A DNA stretch of 57,163 bases, counting the filler, from Sphacelaria rigidula (Eukaryota), in NCBI GenBank assembly GCA_964200075.2. It is 7 parts of 7 records of this genome, joined end to end, with 100 filler letters (N's around TTAATTAATTAA, not from the genome) between each part and the next. Parts side by side here need not be neighbours in the genome. Positions count along the whole stretch, not along the records: positions 8,183 to 16,263 come from CAXNAA020012374.1; positions 16,364 to 24,444 come from CAXNAA020012375.1; 5 more parts are not named here. One strand, 5' to 3'. Every line of letters begins with the position of its first letter. The stretch's first letter is position 1. Under the pieces are notes generated by a model. That model saw only the letters and a program-made list of their open reading frames with translations. It was not told the origin of the DNA and searched no databases. This document shows positions 12,301 to 22,262 of this stretch, in pieces. The translations under genes were made by a program, and so were the position numbers.

Positions 12301-12440
12301 TTTTCAAGAAAGCACGATACGAGGGACCCCGTGGTTGACATAGCCAGAAAGTTTGCATTACGAAGGGCTGCTCCAATCCTCCATCTCGCAGTGTACAGAG
12401 CTACGAGGCGGATTTCTGCTCCAAGCACGCCAGGGTAGGA

Positions 12441-14825
12441 ATGGTGGATGTGAACAAGGAGTGCGGCTACGACCGCTGCTCCACGCTTCCGTTGTATGGT
12501 GTGGCGGGGAGTAACAGGGTCGAGTTCTGCTGCAAGCATGCAAGGGCGGGAATGGTGGATGTGGTGCACAAGAAGTGCAGCCACGAGGGCTGCTCCACAA
12601 GGCCATCGTATGGCGTTGGAGGAGGTAACGGGATCGAGTTCTGCTCCAAGCATGCGAAGGCGGGAATGGGAAATGTGATGCACAAGAAGGGCGGCCACGA
12701 GGGCTGCTCGACGAAGCCGTCGTATGATGTGGCGGGAAGTCACGGGGCGACGTTCTGCTCCAAGTATATCAGGGCGGGAATGGTAGATGTAGTGCACAAG
12801 AACTGCGGCTATGAGGGCTGCTCGACAAGGCCGTCGTATGGTGTGGCGGGAAGCAAGAAGGCGGAGTTCTGCTCCAAGCATGCAAGATCGGGCATGGTGG
12901 ATGTGGGTAACAAGAAATGCAGCTACGAGGGCTGCTCCACGCAGCCGTCGTATGGTGTGGCGGGAAGTCACAGGGCGAAGTTCTGCTCCAAGCATGCGAG
13001 GTCGGACATAGTGAATGTTGTGCACAAGAACTGCGGCCACGAAGGCTGTTCCACGAAGCCGTCGTATGGTGTAGCAGGAAGCAAGAAGGCGGAGTTCTGC
13101 TCCAAGCATGCGAGGTCGAACATGGTGGAGATGGTGAACAAAAAGTGCGGCTACGAGGGCTGTTCCACGCTTCCGTCGTTTGGTTCGGCGGGAAGCAAAA
13201 CGGCGGAGTTCTGCTTCGAGCATGCGAGGTCGGACATGGTGGATGTGGTGAAGAAGTGCGGCTACGAGGGCTGCTCCACGAAGCCGTCGTATGGTGTGGC
13301 GGGAAGTAAGAAGGCGGAGTTCTGCTCCAAGCATGCGAGGGCGGGAATGGTGGATGTGGTGAACAAAAAGTGCGGCCACGAGGGCTGCTTCACAAGGCCA
13401 TCGTATGGTTCGGCGGGAAGCAAGACGGCGGAGTTCTGCTTCAAGCATGCGAGGTCGGGACTGGTGAATGTGGTAAAGAAGAAGTGCGGCTACGAGGCTT
13501 GCTGCACGCAGCCGTCGTATGGCATGGCTGGAAGTAACAACGCGGAGTTCTGCTCCAAGCATGCGAGGTCGAACATGGTGAATGTGGTAAACAAAAAGTG
13601 CGGCTACGAGGGCTGCTCCACGCTTCCGTCGTATGGTGTGGCGGGAAGCAAGACGGCGGAGTTCTGCTCCGAGCATGCGAGGTCGGACACGGTGAACGTC
13701 GTAAACAAGAAATGCGGCCACAAAGGCTGTTCCACGAGGCCGTCGCATGGTGTAGCAGGAAGCAAGAAGGCGGAGTTCTGCTCCAAGCATGCGAGGTCCG
13801 ACATGGTGGATGTGGTGAACAAGACGTGCGACTACGAGGGTTGCTTCACGCTCCCGTCGTATGGTGTGGCGGGAAGTAAGAAGGCGGAGTTCTGCTCCAA
13901 GCATGCGAGAGCGGGAATGGTGAATGTGGTAAAGAAGAAGTGCGGCCACGAGGGCTGCTTCACAAGGCCATCGTATGGTTCGGCGGGAAGCAAAACGGCG
14001 GAGTTCTGCTTCAAGCATGCGAGGTCGGGACTGGTGAATGTGGTGAAGAAGAAGTGCGGCTACGAGGCTTGCTGCACGCAGTCGTCGTATGGCATGGCTG
14101 GAAGTAACAACGCGGAGTTCTGCTCCAAGCATGCGAGATCGGACATGGTGGATGTGGTAAATAAGAAGTGCGGCTACGAGGGCTGCTCCACGAGGCCGTC
14201 GTATGGTGTAGCAGGGAGTAACAACGCGGAGCTCTGCTCCAAGCATGCGAGGTCGGGCATGGTGAATGTTGTGGACAGGAAATGTGGCCACGAGGGCTGC
14301 TCCACGAGGCCGTCGTATGGTGTAGCAGGGAGCAACAAGGCGGAGCTCTGCTCCAAGCATGCGAGGTCGGACATGGTGGATGTGGTGAACAAAAAGTGCG
14401 GCCACGAGGGCTGCTTCACAAGGCCATCGTATGGTTCGGCGGGAAGCAAGACGGCGGAGTTCTGCTTCAAGCATGCGAGGTCGGGACTGGTGAAAGTGGT
14501 AAACAAGAAATGCGGCCACAAAGGCTGTTCCACGAAGCCGTCGTATGGTGTAGCAGGAAGCAAGACGGCGGAGTTCTGCTCCAAGCATGCGAGGTCCGAC
14601 ATCGTGGATGTGGTGAAGAAGAAATGCGGCTACGAGGGCTGTTCCACGCTTCCGTCGAATGGTGTGGCGGGAAGTAACAACGCGGAGCTCTGCTTCAAGC
14701 ATGCGAGGTCGGACATGGTGGATGTGGTGAACAACAAGTACGGCTACGAGGGCTGCTCCAGGAAACCATTGTTTGGTATAGTGGAAAGTAAAAACGCGGA
14801 GTGCTGCAAGCAAGCGAGGTCAGGA
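12441..14825 (+). repeat. Coding minisatellite: 21 units of 114 bp (three of 111 bp)
   Basis: Unit starts at 12441, 12552, 12666 ... 13236, 13347 ... 14601, 14715. A degenerate 22nd unit starts at 14826. Confidence 0.95.
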
Positions 14826-15491
14826 ATGGTGAACGTGGTGAGCGAGAAGTGTGGTGAAGAGCAGTGGTTCAAATCGACTGTCGATCAGAGGCACAACGTT
14901 GATGAGGCAAAGGTCTGCCGAACACACACCTCTGCACATGATACAGCTGTGGCGCCAGACACTGCGAGGCATCACACTGGGGAGGGTACCCCCCTCCGTA
15001 GCCCGACAATGGTTGGTGAAGGAAGCGTTGCCGATGTACGAGGAACCAAACGCAAGCGCGCAGGATTCTCGGGTTCTGTTGCAAACGATGGCGTTGGTGC
15101 TCGCCGGAGTGCGTTCGCCGGTCCCAGGCTGGTTGTGAAAATAAAGTACCCAGCTTCAAGGACTAGTGAAATGTATTTAGAATCTAGTGCAGGAGACTCT
15201 TCAAAGATGGAGCTAGCAGTCCGTTCTGCTAAACACGGTGGCGATACGGGTAGGGAGGGTCGCGAGCAGGCTGCCCATTCGAGTGGTTGGACAAACGGAG
15301 GTCGTCGTAGCAGTGGCATCGACAGTGGTGGTGTGAGTTCGGGGCGTCTTTGTGGTTCGCCTGCTATGGCATGTGAACGCGTGGGTATGTTTTATATGGA
15401 CGTTGAACAGGTAGAGGAGAATTCGAACGTGAAGTTGGAGCTAGGAATGTCTGGTCATTTTCCTCGGGCATGCGATACACACCGTAGGTGA
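12441..15491 (+). CDS. EsV-1-7-type cysteine-rich repeat protein (about 21 putative CCCH zinc-binding repeats plus low-complexity C-terminus with KRKR)
   Basis: Uninterrupted 1016-aa ORF. Repeat consensus MVDVVNKKCGHEGCSTRPSYGVAGSKKAEFCSKHARSD matches the EsV-1-7 cysteine-rich motif known from Ectocarpus siliculosus virus 1 and from expanded brown-algal gene families (recognised from memory, not searched). Additional upstream exons cannot be excluded. Confidence 0.9.
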   Translation: MVDVNKECGYDRCSTLPLYGVAGSNRVEFCCKHARAGMVDVVHKKCSHEGCSTRPSYGVGGGNGIEFCSKHAKAGMGNVMHKKGGHEGCSTKPSYDVAGSHGATFCSKYIRAGMVDVVHKNCGYEGCSTRPSYGVAGSKKAEFCSKHARSGMVDVGNKKCSYEGCSTQPSYGVAGSHRAKFCSKHARSDIVNVVHKNCGHEGCSTKPSYGVAGSKKAEFCSKHARSNMVEMVNKKCGYEGCSTLPSFGSAGSKTAEFCFEHARSDMVDVVKKCGYEGCSTKPSYGVAGSKKAEFCSKHARAGMVDVVNKKCGHEGCFTRPSYGSAGSKTAEFCFKHARSGLVNVVKKKCGYEACCTQPSYGMAGSNNAEFCSKHARSNMVNVVNKKCGYEGCSTLPSYGVAGSKTAEFCSEHARSDTVNVVNKKCGHKGCSTRPSHGVAGSKKAEFCSKHARSDMVDVVNKTCDYEGCFTLPSYGVAGSKKAEFCSKHARAGMVNVVKKKCGHEGCFTRPSYGSAGSKTAEFCFKHARSGLVNVVKKKCGYEACCTQSSYGMAGSNNAEFCSKHARSDMVDVVNKKCGYEGCSTRPSYGVAGSNNAELCSKHARSGMVNVVDRKCGHEGCSTRPSYGVAGSNKAELCSKHARSDMVDVVNKKCGHEGCFTRPSYGSAGSKTAEFCFKHARSGLVKVVNKKCGHKGCSTKPSYGVAGSKTAEFCSKHARSDIVDVVKKKCGYEGCSTLPSNGVAGSNNAELCFKHARSDMVDVVNNKYGYEGCSRKPLFGIVESKNAECCKQARSGMVNVVSEKCGEEQWFKSTVDQRHNVDEAKVCRTHTSAHDTAVAPDTARHHTGEGTPLRSPTMVGEGSVADVRGTKRKRAGFSGSVANDGVGARRSAFAGPRLVVKIKYPASRTSEMYLESSAGDSSKMELAVRSAKHGGDTGREGREQAAHSSGWTNGGRRSSGIDSGGVSSGRLCGSPAMACERVGMFYMDVEQVEENSNVKLELGMSGHFPRACDTHRR

Positions 15492-15884
15492 CACTCAGTT
15501 TTGCGCCAAAAGATCGCGAAATATTTGCGAATTTTCGTGCAAGAGGGTTTCGTGAAATATCAGCTTAGAGCATCCCCAAGGTAGGTATAATCCGCACAAA
15601 CGAGGAGTCCCTTGGGGAGGATCTACGGCCCAACACGCGGCATATCTGGAAAGCTATGTTTAAGGCTGGATCGCCGGCGCAAGTTGCAGGCTGAGAACGT
15701 GATTGTGTCCCGAGTCCGGTGGTGTGCATGGTGTTGCTCGGGACGGGTGCCTTGGGGGCCCCATAATACGCCGATAGTTGGCGGCCACGGTGCGCGTTCC
15801 CGCCCGTCACCACTGCTAGGGTGTAGTATATGGAGTGTAGAATCCGCTTGAAAAAGGAGCATCTCAATTGCTTTCAGCACAAAT

Positions 15885-16060
15885 GACACGGGATTTTACA
15901 AATTGGGGAGGAATTTTTCACGGCGGGTGAGAACCTGGAAAAATACTTTGTACGTATCCACATCAAATGTTCGAAATATGGTTCCACTCCTCCACCTACT
16001 GATAGCTATTGACAACCACTATACGCCATGCAAACGTGGATTTCGATCACCGTTTTGTTG
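15885..16060 (+). mobile_element. Partial copy (one arm) of the AACA...TGTT foldback MITE family
   Basis: ACACGGGATTTTACAAATTGGGG...GTATCCACA...TTCGAAATATGGTTCCA...TAGCTATTGACAAC aligns with the arms of 36152-36588. Confidence 0.75.
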
Positions 16061-16263
16061 GGGTCTCAGGGTTAGAAAATGAGGCTGTGGAGCCATGCCT
16101 TTCAACGCCTCGTATGGTATTGATTTTTCATGTATGTAGTGTTGGGATCGCAGGTACCGGTCACGAAAGTTTGGTCTGATGTGAGGGTATGATGTGGGAC
16201 AGCAGTTGTGATACATGAATCACTCTCCTCGGTTGACCGTTCAACACGGTGGGTTGTTTGGAC

Positions 16264-16363
16264 NNNNNNNNNNNNNNNNNNNNNNNNNNNNNNNNNNNNN
16301 NNNNNNNTTAATTAATTAANNNNNNNNNNNNNNNNNNNNNNNNNNNNNNNNNNNNNNNNNNNN
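16264..16363. other. Artificial contig spacer
   Basis: 100-bp N block with TTAATTAATTAA. Confidence 0.98.
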
Positions 16364-16877
16364 ACCCTTGGACCGCGGTGCCCGTAGTCCATCTGGACCA
16401 CGCGTGTACTTTCCCAAGTGAATATTGATGCCGATTCAGCAGGTGACCTACTCTCGCGGTCTCACGGGTAACTCCTGCTGCGGAGGTTTAGGAACGAAGA
16501 TACTCTCGCGCTGTGTTACTCTTTTGTATCTTCCCTGCAATAGAGAAATGGGACTTCAGCCCCATTTTAGGGTTGAACCCCAAAATAAAAAATCGGCTGT
16601 CCACTCATCTTCATATCGACGAGAGAGTAGTCAACACTACCCCCCCACGCAGTCAATCCACGATTTTCCAAGGGCGACAAAGTTGGAATAGAATTTGTGC
16701 AATACCAGAAATGTCACTTAGCGACCCCCTTGCCCCACCACATCCCGGGAAGACGATATGCATGACCACAGCCCGCGGGAGAGCACCACGAAATACTTTT
16801 CCTGCTTCACCACTACTACTCAACAACCATCAATCTCGAAAATAGATCTCAAAACTGATGTGTAGTAGACACCACGC

Positions 16878-17179
16878 CCCGGTGGTGTAATGGTCCGAAT
16901 TTCGCCATTAAGGTGGAGAGAACGGGGTTCGATTCCCGATGCGTTGGTTTTTTCCTTCGGAATGTATAATTTCCACCGTGGAAAGCGTGGGAACGTGCGT
17001 AAACCAAAATAGTCGACTGGATTTGTGTGACGTGAGTGGATGCGGTGCGGGAGTGCTGACCCAATCCGCGAGACCAAAATGTAAGGCATGTAGCGGGAGA
17101 GAGAGGGGTTGATCCCTTGAGACCACGGACTCATCCCGATGAAGGGGAGGGGTTTAAAGTGAGAGAAAAACAAAAAGTA
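16878..17179 (+). mobile_element. Full-length tRNA-derived SINE (family B) with A-rich tail and target-site duplication
   Basis: A box GGTGTAATGG, B box GGTTCGATTCCC, ~230-bp body, tail GAGAGAAAAACAAAAA. Flanking direct repeat ACACCACGC at 16869-16877 and 17180-17188. Confidence 0.7.
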
Positions 17180-18679
17180 ACACCACGCGCCAGGCTAGGT
17201 CCGCTCCGTATCGCCCATCCGAAAAGGATTTAGTGCCACTGGTCACGGGAAATGTGGGTGGACACTGTTGAGGTGAACAGCCTTTTCAGTGTAGTCTACA
17301 GTACTGATCAGCGACGGTACAGAGGTATCCGTCTTAACGGGTTGTGACAGTTACATGCGGTGGGATTTGATACCATAGTAGGCGTATGTCTTGTACTCAC
17401 GTACGCAATGTCTGGGAAGCCCGCTTACCACGGTGTTGGGTAGCCACACGAGTTCTCTTCGTTCTCTTCCTTCTTTTCCTTCCTTGACCTGCTTAGTCAA
17501 GCTATGTAATACTACTCTTCTACAACAATATGATCGGCTCAGCCGTGTCCTTTGATCGACTTCATCACTCGTGTCTAGCTGTCCCTGTGTAGGGATCACA
17601 CATCAAGGAACAGACACGGTGAAAGAGGAGGGAAGGACGGAGGAGAAAAGCCGTAGCTCGAGGTCAGGTACATCATTTACGAAATACGCAACAAATTCAA
17701 TACATACAGTTGAACCACTGATATCCCACGCCGTACACGTGCTCACTCGAAATAGAGCATTCGTTGAGAAGATGGAACAAGTCCTCTACGCGGAACGGCG
17801 AATTCCCCCGGATTATCAGTCACAAGACGGACAATTTGGGAAACAAGTACGACCTGGGCCAGCAATAAAGATGTGCACTTCGGCGGAACGATTATGCGAT
17901 GGCCGCCAGTGTTGCAGCTACGAGCTGAAACTTTGACACGAGATTCGAATGCTCAATACGCAGGAATTCAGGGGAGAAGCTAAGGAAAAATGAAAGAAAA
18001 TCAGGGAGTTAGAGCGATCTGGATTAATGGATAAAAATGAAATTATCGTGACTCGAAAAAAAAACTTAGCTGCTCCCGTACATTTATCTAAAATGCGTGT
18101 ACAAAGCCGTTGTTGAGTTTTGGCACTTATCCGTAAAAGTGGGCACCGCATCACACTTATTGTGAATGCTGTTCCGAAATTGTCCCCTATTCAAAGTTTC
18201 ATCTAATATACGGAATGCAGTGTTACGGTCATTACTTTCGACAGACGATGAATCACAGAATGAGACTTTGACCGTTTTTTCTTGCATCGGGATCAGCACG
18301 CTCAGAAATTTTGATAACATTCGGGATAAGCAGTTTCTTACGGTTTGGGCGCTCGCATTCTTCACTGTTCAGACATTTCGTTCTCTCCTCTCAACGAAGA
18401 TTGACTCGGGGTTTGGCCGCAGAACAGAGAACATCTTCATCACACGTCTTGAGAACTTGAAAATTTGCACCGCCCCACCGGGAGGAGTCTAGCCCACTCT
18501 TTCGATTCGCTCCACTCCGAGGTTTCACGAACGGCCTCTGGATAAACATATCGCTGGAAAAAATGCAGTATCTGCAGGTATTTTCAGGTGAAGTGACGAG
18601 ACGCGTACCGTCGCTCTCCACTCAACACCGCCTACTACATGCTGCTCACATCTCTGCCTAGTGTCCCGCAACAACACTG

Positions 18680-18860
18680 AATAGCCGATCATCGAAATGG
18701 AGGATGGAGCTTTGCATTGTGGTTGAGAACCCGGAGAGTGCAAATATTCGGATCCACACCAAATCTTCAAAATATGTTTTTCCATTTCTCTACCTGCTGG
18801 TAGCTATTGACAACTACTACACGCCATACAAGTAAGTTTGGATTTCGATAAACGAAATGC
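18680..18860 (+). mobile_element. Partial copy (left arm) of the foldback MITE family
   Basis: AATAGCCGATCATCGAAAT...GAGAACCCGGAG...ATCCACACCAAATCTTC...GGTAGCTATTGACAACTAC matches 38655 onward. Confidence 0.8.
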
Positions 18861-19137
18861 AACTCATCGTAGCCTGCACCAGATACGAAGAGCATTGTGT
18901 TTGGTCCCCATCCCTGATTTTTTCATATTTTGTTCCTGGTGGTTTCTTGTTTGTTTTTTGTTTCGTCTGTGCACCCCCACCCCTCCACCCCCATCCCCGA
19001 AACGAGCCTGGCTCTGTCTTCTTGTCTTTTGTATTCCTTTATCTACGTTTTATTCTTATACCTTTTCTTTTCTTTCATTTCTCTCCTTTTTTTCTGATCA
19101 CCAGCTCGAGTGTTGCAATCAGCTACGTAATGCGAGA

Positions 19138-19387
19138 GACACTTTCTATGATACCCCCCACCAAAAAAGTGCATGGTGTTCGGAGGCAAAATCTTCACGT
19201 AAATCGGAATGGGAAAAGGCGAGCACAACGAGCAGCTGGGAATTCCCACGTTTGGGTTCATTCCAGCGAATGTCGCAAATATGAGGCGCTTGATGCAGCC
19301 TGAACCCAAACATTAGGCGCTGTATGGCCATTTTTTTTCGTGACACTTTTGGGCTGGTTTTGGGGGGGGGCTATCGTAGAAAGTGTC
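19138..19387. mobile_element. MITE (~250 bp) with GATAG/CCCCC-type terminal inverted repeats
   Basis: GACACTTTCTATGATACCCCCC versus GGGGGGCTATCGTAGAAAGTGTC. Related ends at 25940-26187 and 48859-48984. Confidence 0.65.
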
Positions 19388-19611
19388 GAGATAATCATCT
19401 CGTTGTTGTTGTTGTTGTTGTTGTCGTCGCTGCTTCCTTTGCTTCTTCCTTTCTGTGGCTGTTGCTTTTGTCTTTTTCTGTCTATTTCTTTTCTTTTCTT
19501 TTCGCTTATTCCTTTTTTTCGCTGCTCCCAACCACGGGCTGGATTATTACAATCAGCTAATAATGTGCGATAACCAACCAATCATTCAACCATATAATCA
19601 TGGCCGTGGAA

Positions 19612-21062
19612 ACACAGTTTGCACGTGGCACAGAGGCGAGTGCGATACCTTGTTTCGATGCAGGATGAATACACTGCGTAGTAAGACAGGGTGACGGGTG
19701 GTCACATGCACAATATGCCAATATAACGCAGCTCCGACCGATCCTACGCGTAGTAGTCAAAAGTCCAACGAAGTGAGTCAACACGGCACTCACGTGGAGG
19801 CAAAAAGGCGTGGACAAAACCGGAGGGCAGCGACAGCAAATCGCTCAGCAGCTACAAGCAGTGTACCGGCGAAGGGACAGGTACGTACCATCAAGACGCG
19901 AAGCGGGGGCAACGCACAGCAGTCTCTACTGCTGGACAATGCAACTAGATCCAGTATAAGCCGACGCGTACAGCAGTCAGAGTAACGGGGGCACCTCAAT
20001 AAATAGAAGTAAAAAACGCAGAAAAATGTGAACTTTTTGCTGAATACGGTGTAGCTTGAGCAGACAAACACAGTGCGATGAAGCTTGATGGCATAGCGAG
20101 ATAGCACGATGTTCGAGGCTGTTCGTAGACCCCGGGTTCCGTGACGCGTTGTCATCGCGTTTGTTATTGTCATTAGTTAGGATCGTTCCGGCGTCGCTAC
20201 ATGCCCCCGATTCACCTCGACCAGTTACTGGCCTTGTCTTGGTCGCTGATGTAGCTCTGCTACTCTGGGCCATCACTACGCACTGCTCCTATGGCTGCGC
20301 CGTGGCAGGATTGAGGAAGAGAGCTTCTTGTATATATAACATGATGCTATCAAACACGTGAGTTCCTAATCAGCACTCTACATATAGATGAGCCTACGTG
20401 TGACTGTTCATGATGAACAGCTATTATAGCTGATAGATCATACGATGTGCCCACGTGAGAACTTGGTTTAGCTGGAACCAATGGTATCTGCTGGTACTCG
20501 TACTGAGAGACCTCAGCCAATCTCTTCGCTATGACATCATGATAACAATTGACATCGATAAAAGGACTTTGTTCTGCTTGCTTAGGAGGTTTTTGTGTTG
20601 CTTGGCGTTGTGTTTTTCTGCTCAAGCTGTCGCCAGTAACTCACTTTCTGTTTTTCCGCGTTTTTTACTTGTATCCAATAAGGCGCCCCTGTGCTATTCT
20701 GATTGTCGTGGGCATCAGCTTACTCTAGGTTTGGTTGCATTGTACAACAGTAGTAGAGAGTGCTGTACGTTGCCTCCGCTTCGCCTATTAATGATACGTA
20801 TCTGCCCCTTCGTTGGTACCCTGCTTGCTGCTGAGCGATTTGCTGTATCTACCCTTCGGTTCTGTTCCCGCTTGTTTACACCCGCGTAAGTGCCATGGTG
20901 ACGCACTTCGTTGCTTTACTGATTACGCGTGGATTTGGCCGGAACTGCGTTTTTCTTTTACCTTGTGCATGTAGCCAATCGTTACTCTGTCTCACTACGG
21001 TGTGTTCACTCTGCTTTCGAACAGGGTATCGCACGCGCCACTACGCCACGTGCAAACTGTGT
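19612..21062. mobile_element. Large foldback element with ~460-bp diverged inverted arms
   Basis: ACACAGTTTGCACGTGGC (19612) pairs with GCCACGTGCAAACTGTGT (21062). Complementarity continues inward (CAGCAAATCGCTCAGCAGC / GCTGCTGAGCGATTTGCTG; AGCTTGAGCAGA / TCTGCTCAAGCT). Confidence 0.8.
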
Positions 21063-21543
21063 GCCCGCTGATCACTATTACATTGGTGGTGGTTACTCAT
21101 TGGTTTCGACGGCTCATGCTGTAGTAGCATTTGGTTGATTTGCCTTGTGCCGAATTAAAACGCCCCCCCTGTACCTGGGCGAGCACCCCAGATATTACTA
21201 GATGCGCAACCTCCCCCCCCCTCCCCCCCCCTTCCCCCCCGGGCGCCCTTTTGTGTGTTGCGGTACTCCGCCGCGCAGCATGGTTCTGAGGTGTGGGAAC
21301 CTGAACCGTCAGTCGTGGAGGCAATAGCCTCCCCCTGTGACAGCACACGCATGTAACACCAGACGTCGCGTTGTTGGCGTTGGTACAATTGATTCGAGTC
21401 TACAGTGGTAGTTAATTTCCGGCATTCTGGGACAACGTCGCCTGACCGATTTTCTTGTGGTGGTTTTTCGTTTTTGTTTTCCGTCAACGGTACTAAAAAT
21501 CAAGCCTCCTTTCAGGACCCGCCTGATAATTGACGAATTGTGA

Positions 21544-21768
21544 TTTTAGCGACAAAATTTGCCTTCGGATATAAGCCCACGAGTTTTGCGTGACAACCCC
21601 CCGATGTTTGACAACATCACTTCAGTCAGGCGTGATTGACCTTTTCCTGTATTTACGCGTGATTCCCGTTGAGCGCACTGTGGTTTTAGCGACAAAATGT
21701 GCCCTCGGATGGAAGCTCATAAGTTTTGCGTGACCATCCCACTATGGTTGACAACATCACCTCAGTCC
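21544..21768 (+). repeat. Two diverged ~85-bp direct repeats 140 bp apart
   Basis: TTTTAGCGACAAAAT...AGTTTTGCGTGAC...TTGACAACATCAC.TCAGTC occurs twice. Confidence 0.8.
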
Positions 21769-22136
21769 AGCCGAAATGAGCTTTTCCCTTTAGGATCAGA
21801 TGGTCCCCGCACCTTGTCGAGGGGAGAGGATTGGTCCCGTAGCCGCGCAGGTACTTCTAGCGCACCATGTCCCCCCTCATCAGTTCAAAATATAATACTT
21901 TGCTCTAGTATGGAATTAACACATGAGCTCGAACATATTCTCTTGGAGATACACCTTTGGACACAGCCCACGTGCCCGTTCCATATGCCGCTGCTCTGGC
22001 TGCTTCCCAGCACCCCACCCCCCTGGTCTGGTCGGATATCAGATCGTACCCCCCCAACACGGTTTATATCGTAGGCCTATACTTGAGTTGCTACGACCCA
22101 CCGTCCACATCCCTCGGCGATGCGGCGAGCGGTGAG

Positions 22137-22262
22137 CTCACCTTGGCGGATTTCAGAACCCCACAATCCGATCTGGTCATATATCAGATCGTAGCCCCCC
22201 TCACCTTGGCGGATTCAGATCCCCAATCCGATCTGGTCAGATATCACATCGTAGCCCCCCCT
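22137..22262 (+). repeat. ~60-bp tandem duplication
   Basis: CTCACCTTGGCGGATT...CAATCCGATCTGGTCA.ATATCA.ATCGTAGCCCCCC occurs twice; a more diverged copy lies near 22025. Confidence 0.85.

Noticed and set aside
12297-14813. 838-aa antisense ORF overlapping the repeat gene
   Set aside because: Shadow of the sense minisatellite. A stop-free unit repeated 21 times yields a long reverse frame; it ends where the array ends and has no domain-like pattern.
8183-16263. Endogenous phaeovirus insertion
   Set aside because: Only one EsV-1-7-type gene and no viral core genes or gene-dense organisation; host-encoded EsV-1-7 families are common in brown algae.
16050-16600. Inverted repeat spanning the 16264-16363 spacer
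   Set aside because: The two halves are on different, size-sorted contigs, so they are separate copies of a repeat family rather than one element.
16876-16946. Functional tRNA gene
   Set aside because: A and B boxes are present but I cannot form a proper acceptor stem or anticodon arm; the context fits a SINE head.
17343-17600. Solo LTR (TGTGA...TCACA)
   Set aside because: No target-site duplication, PBS or PPT visible, and no second copy.
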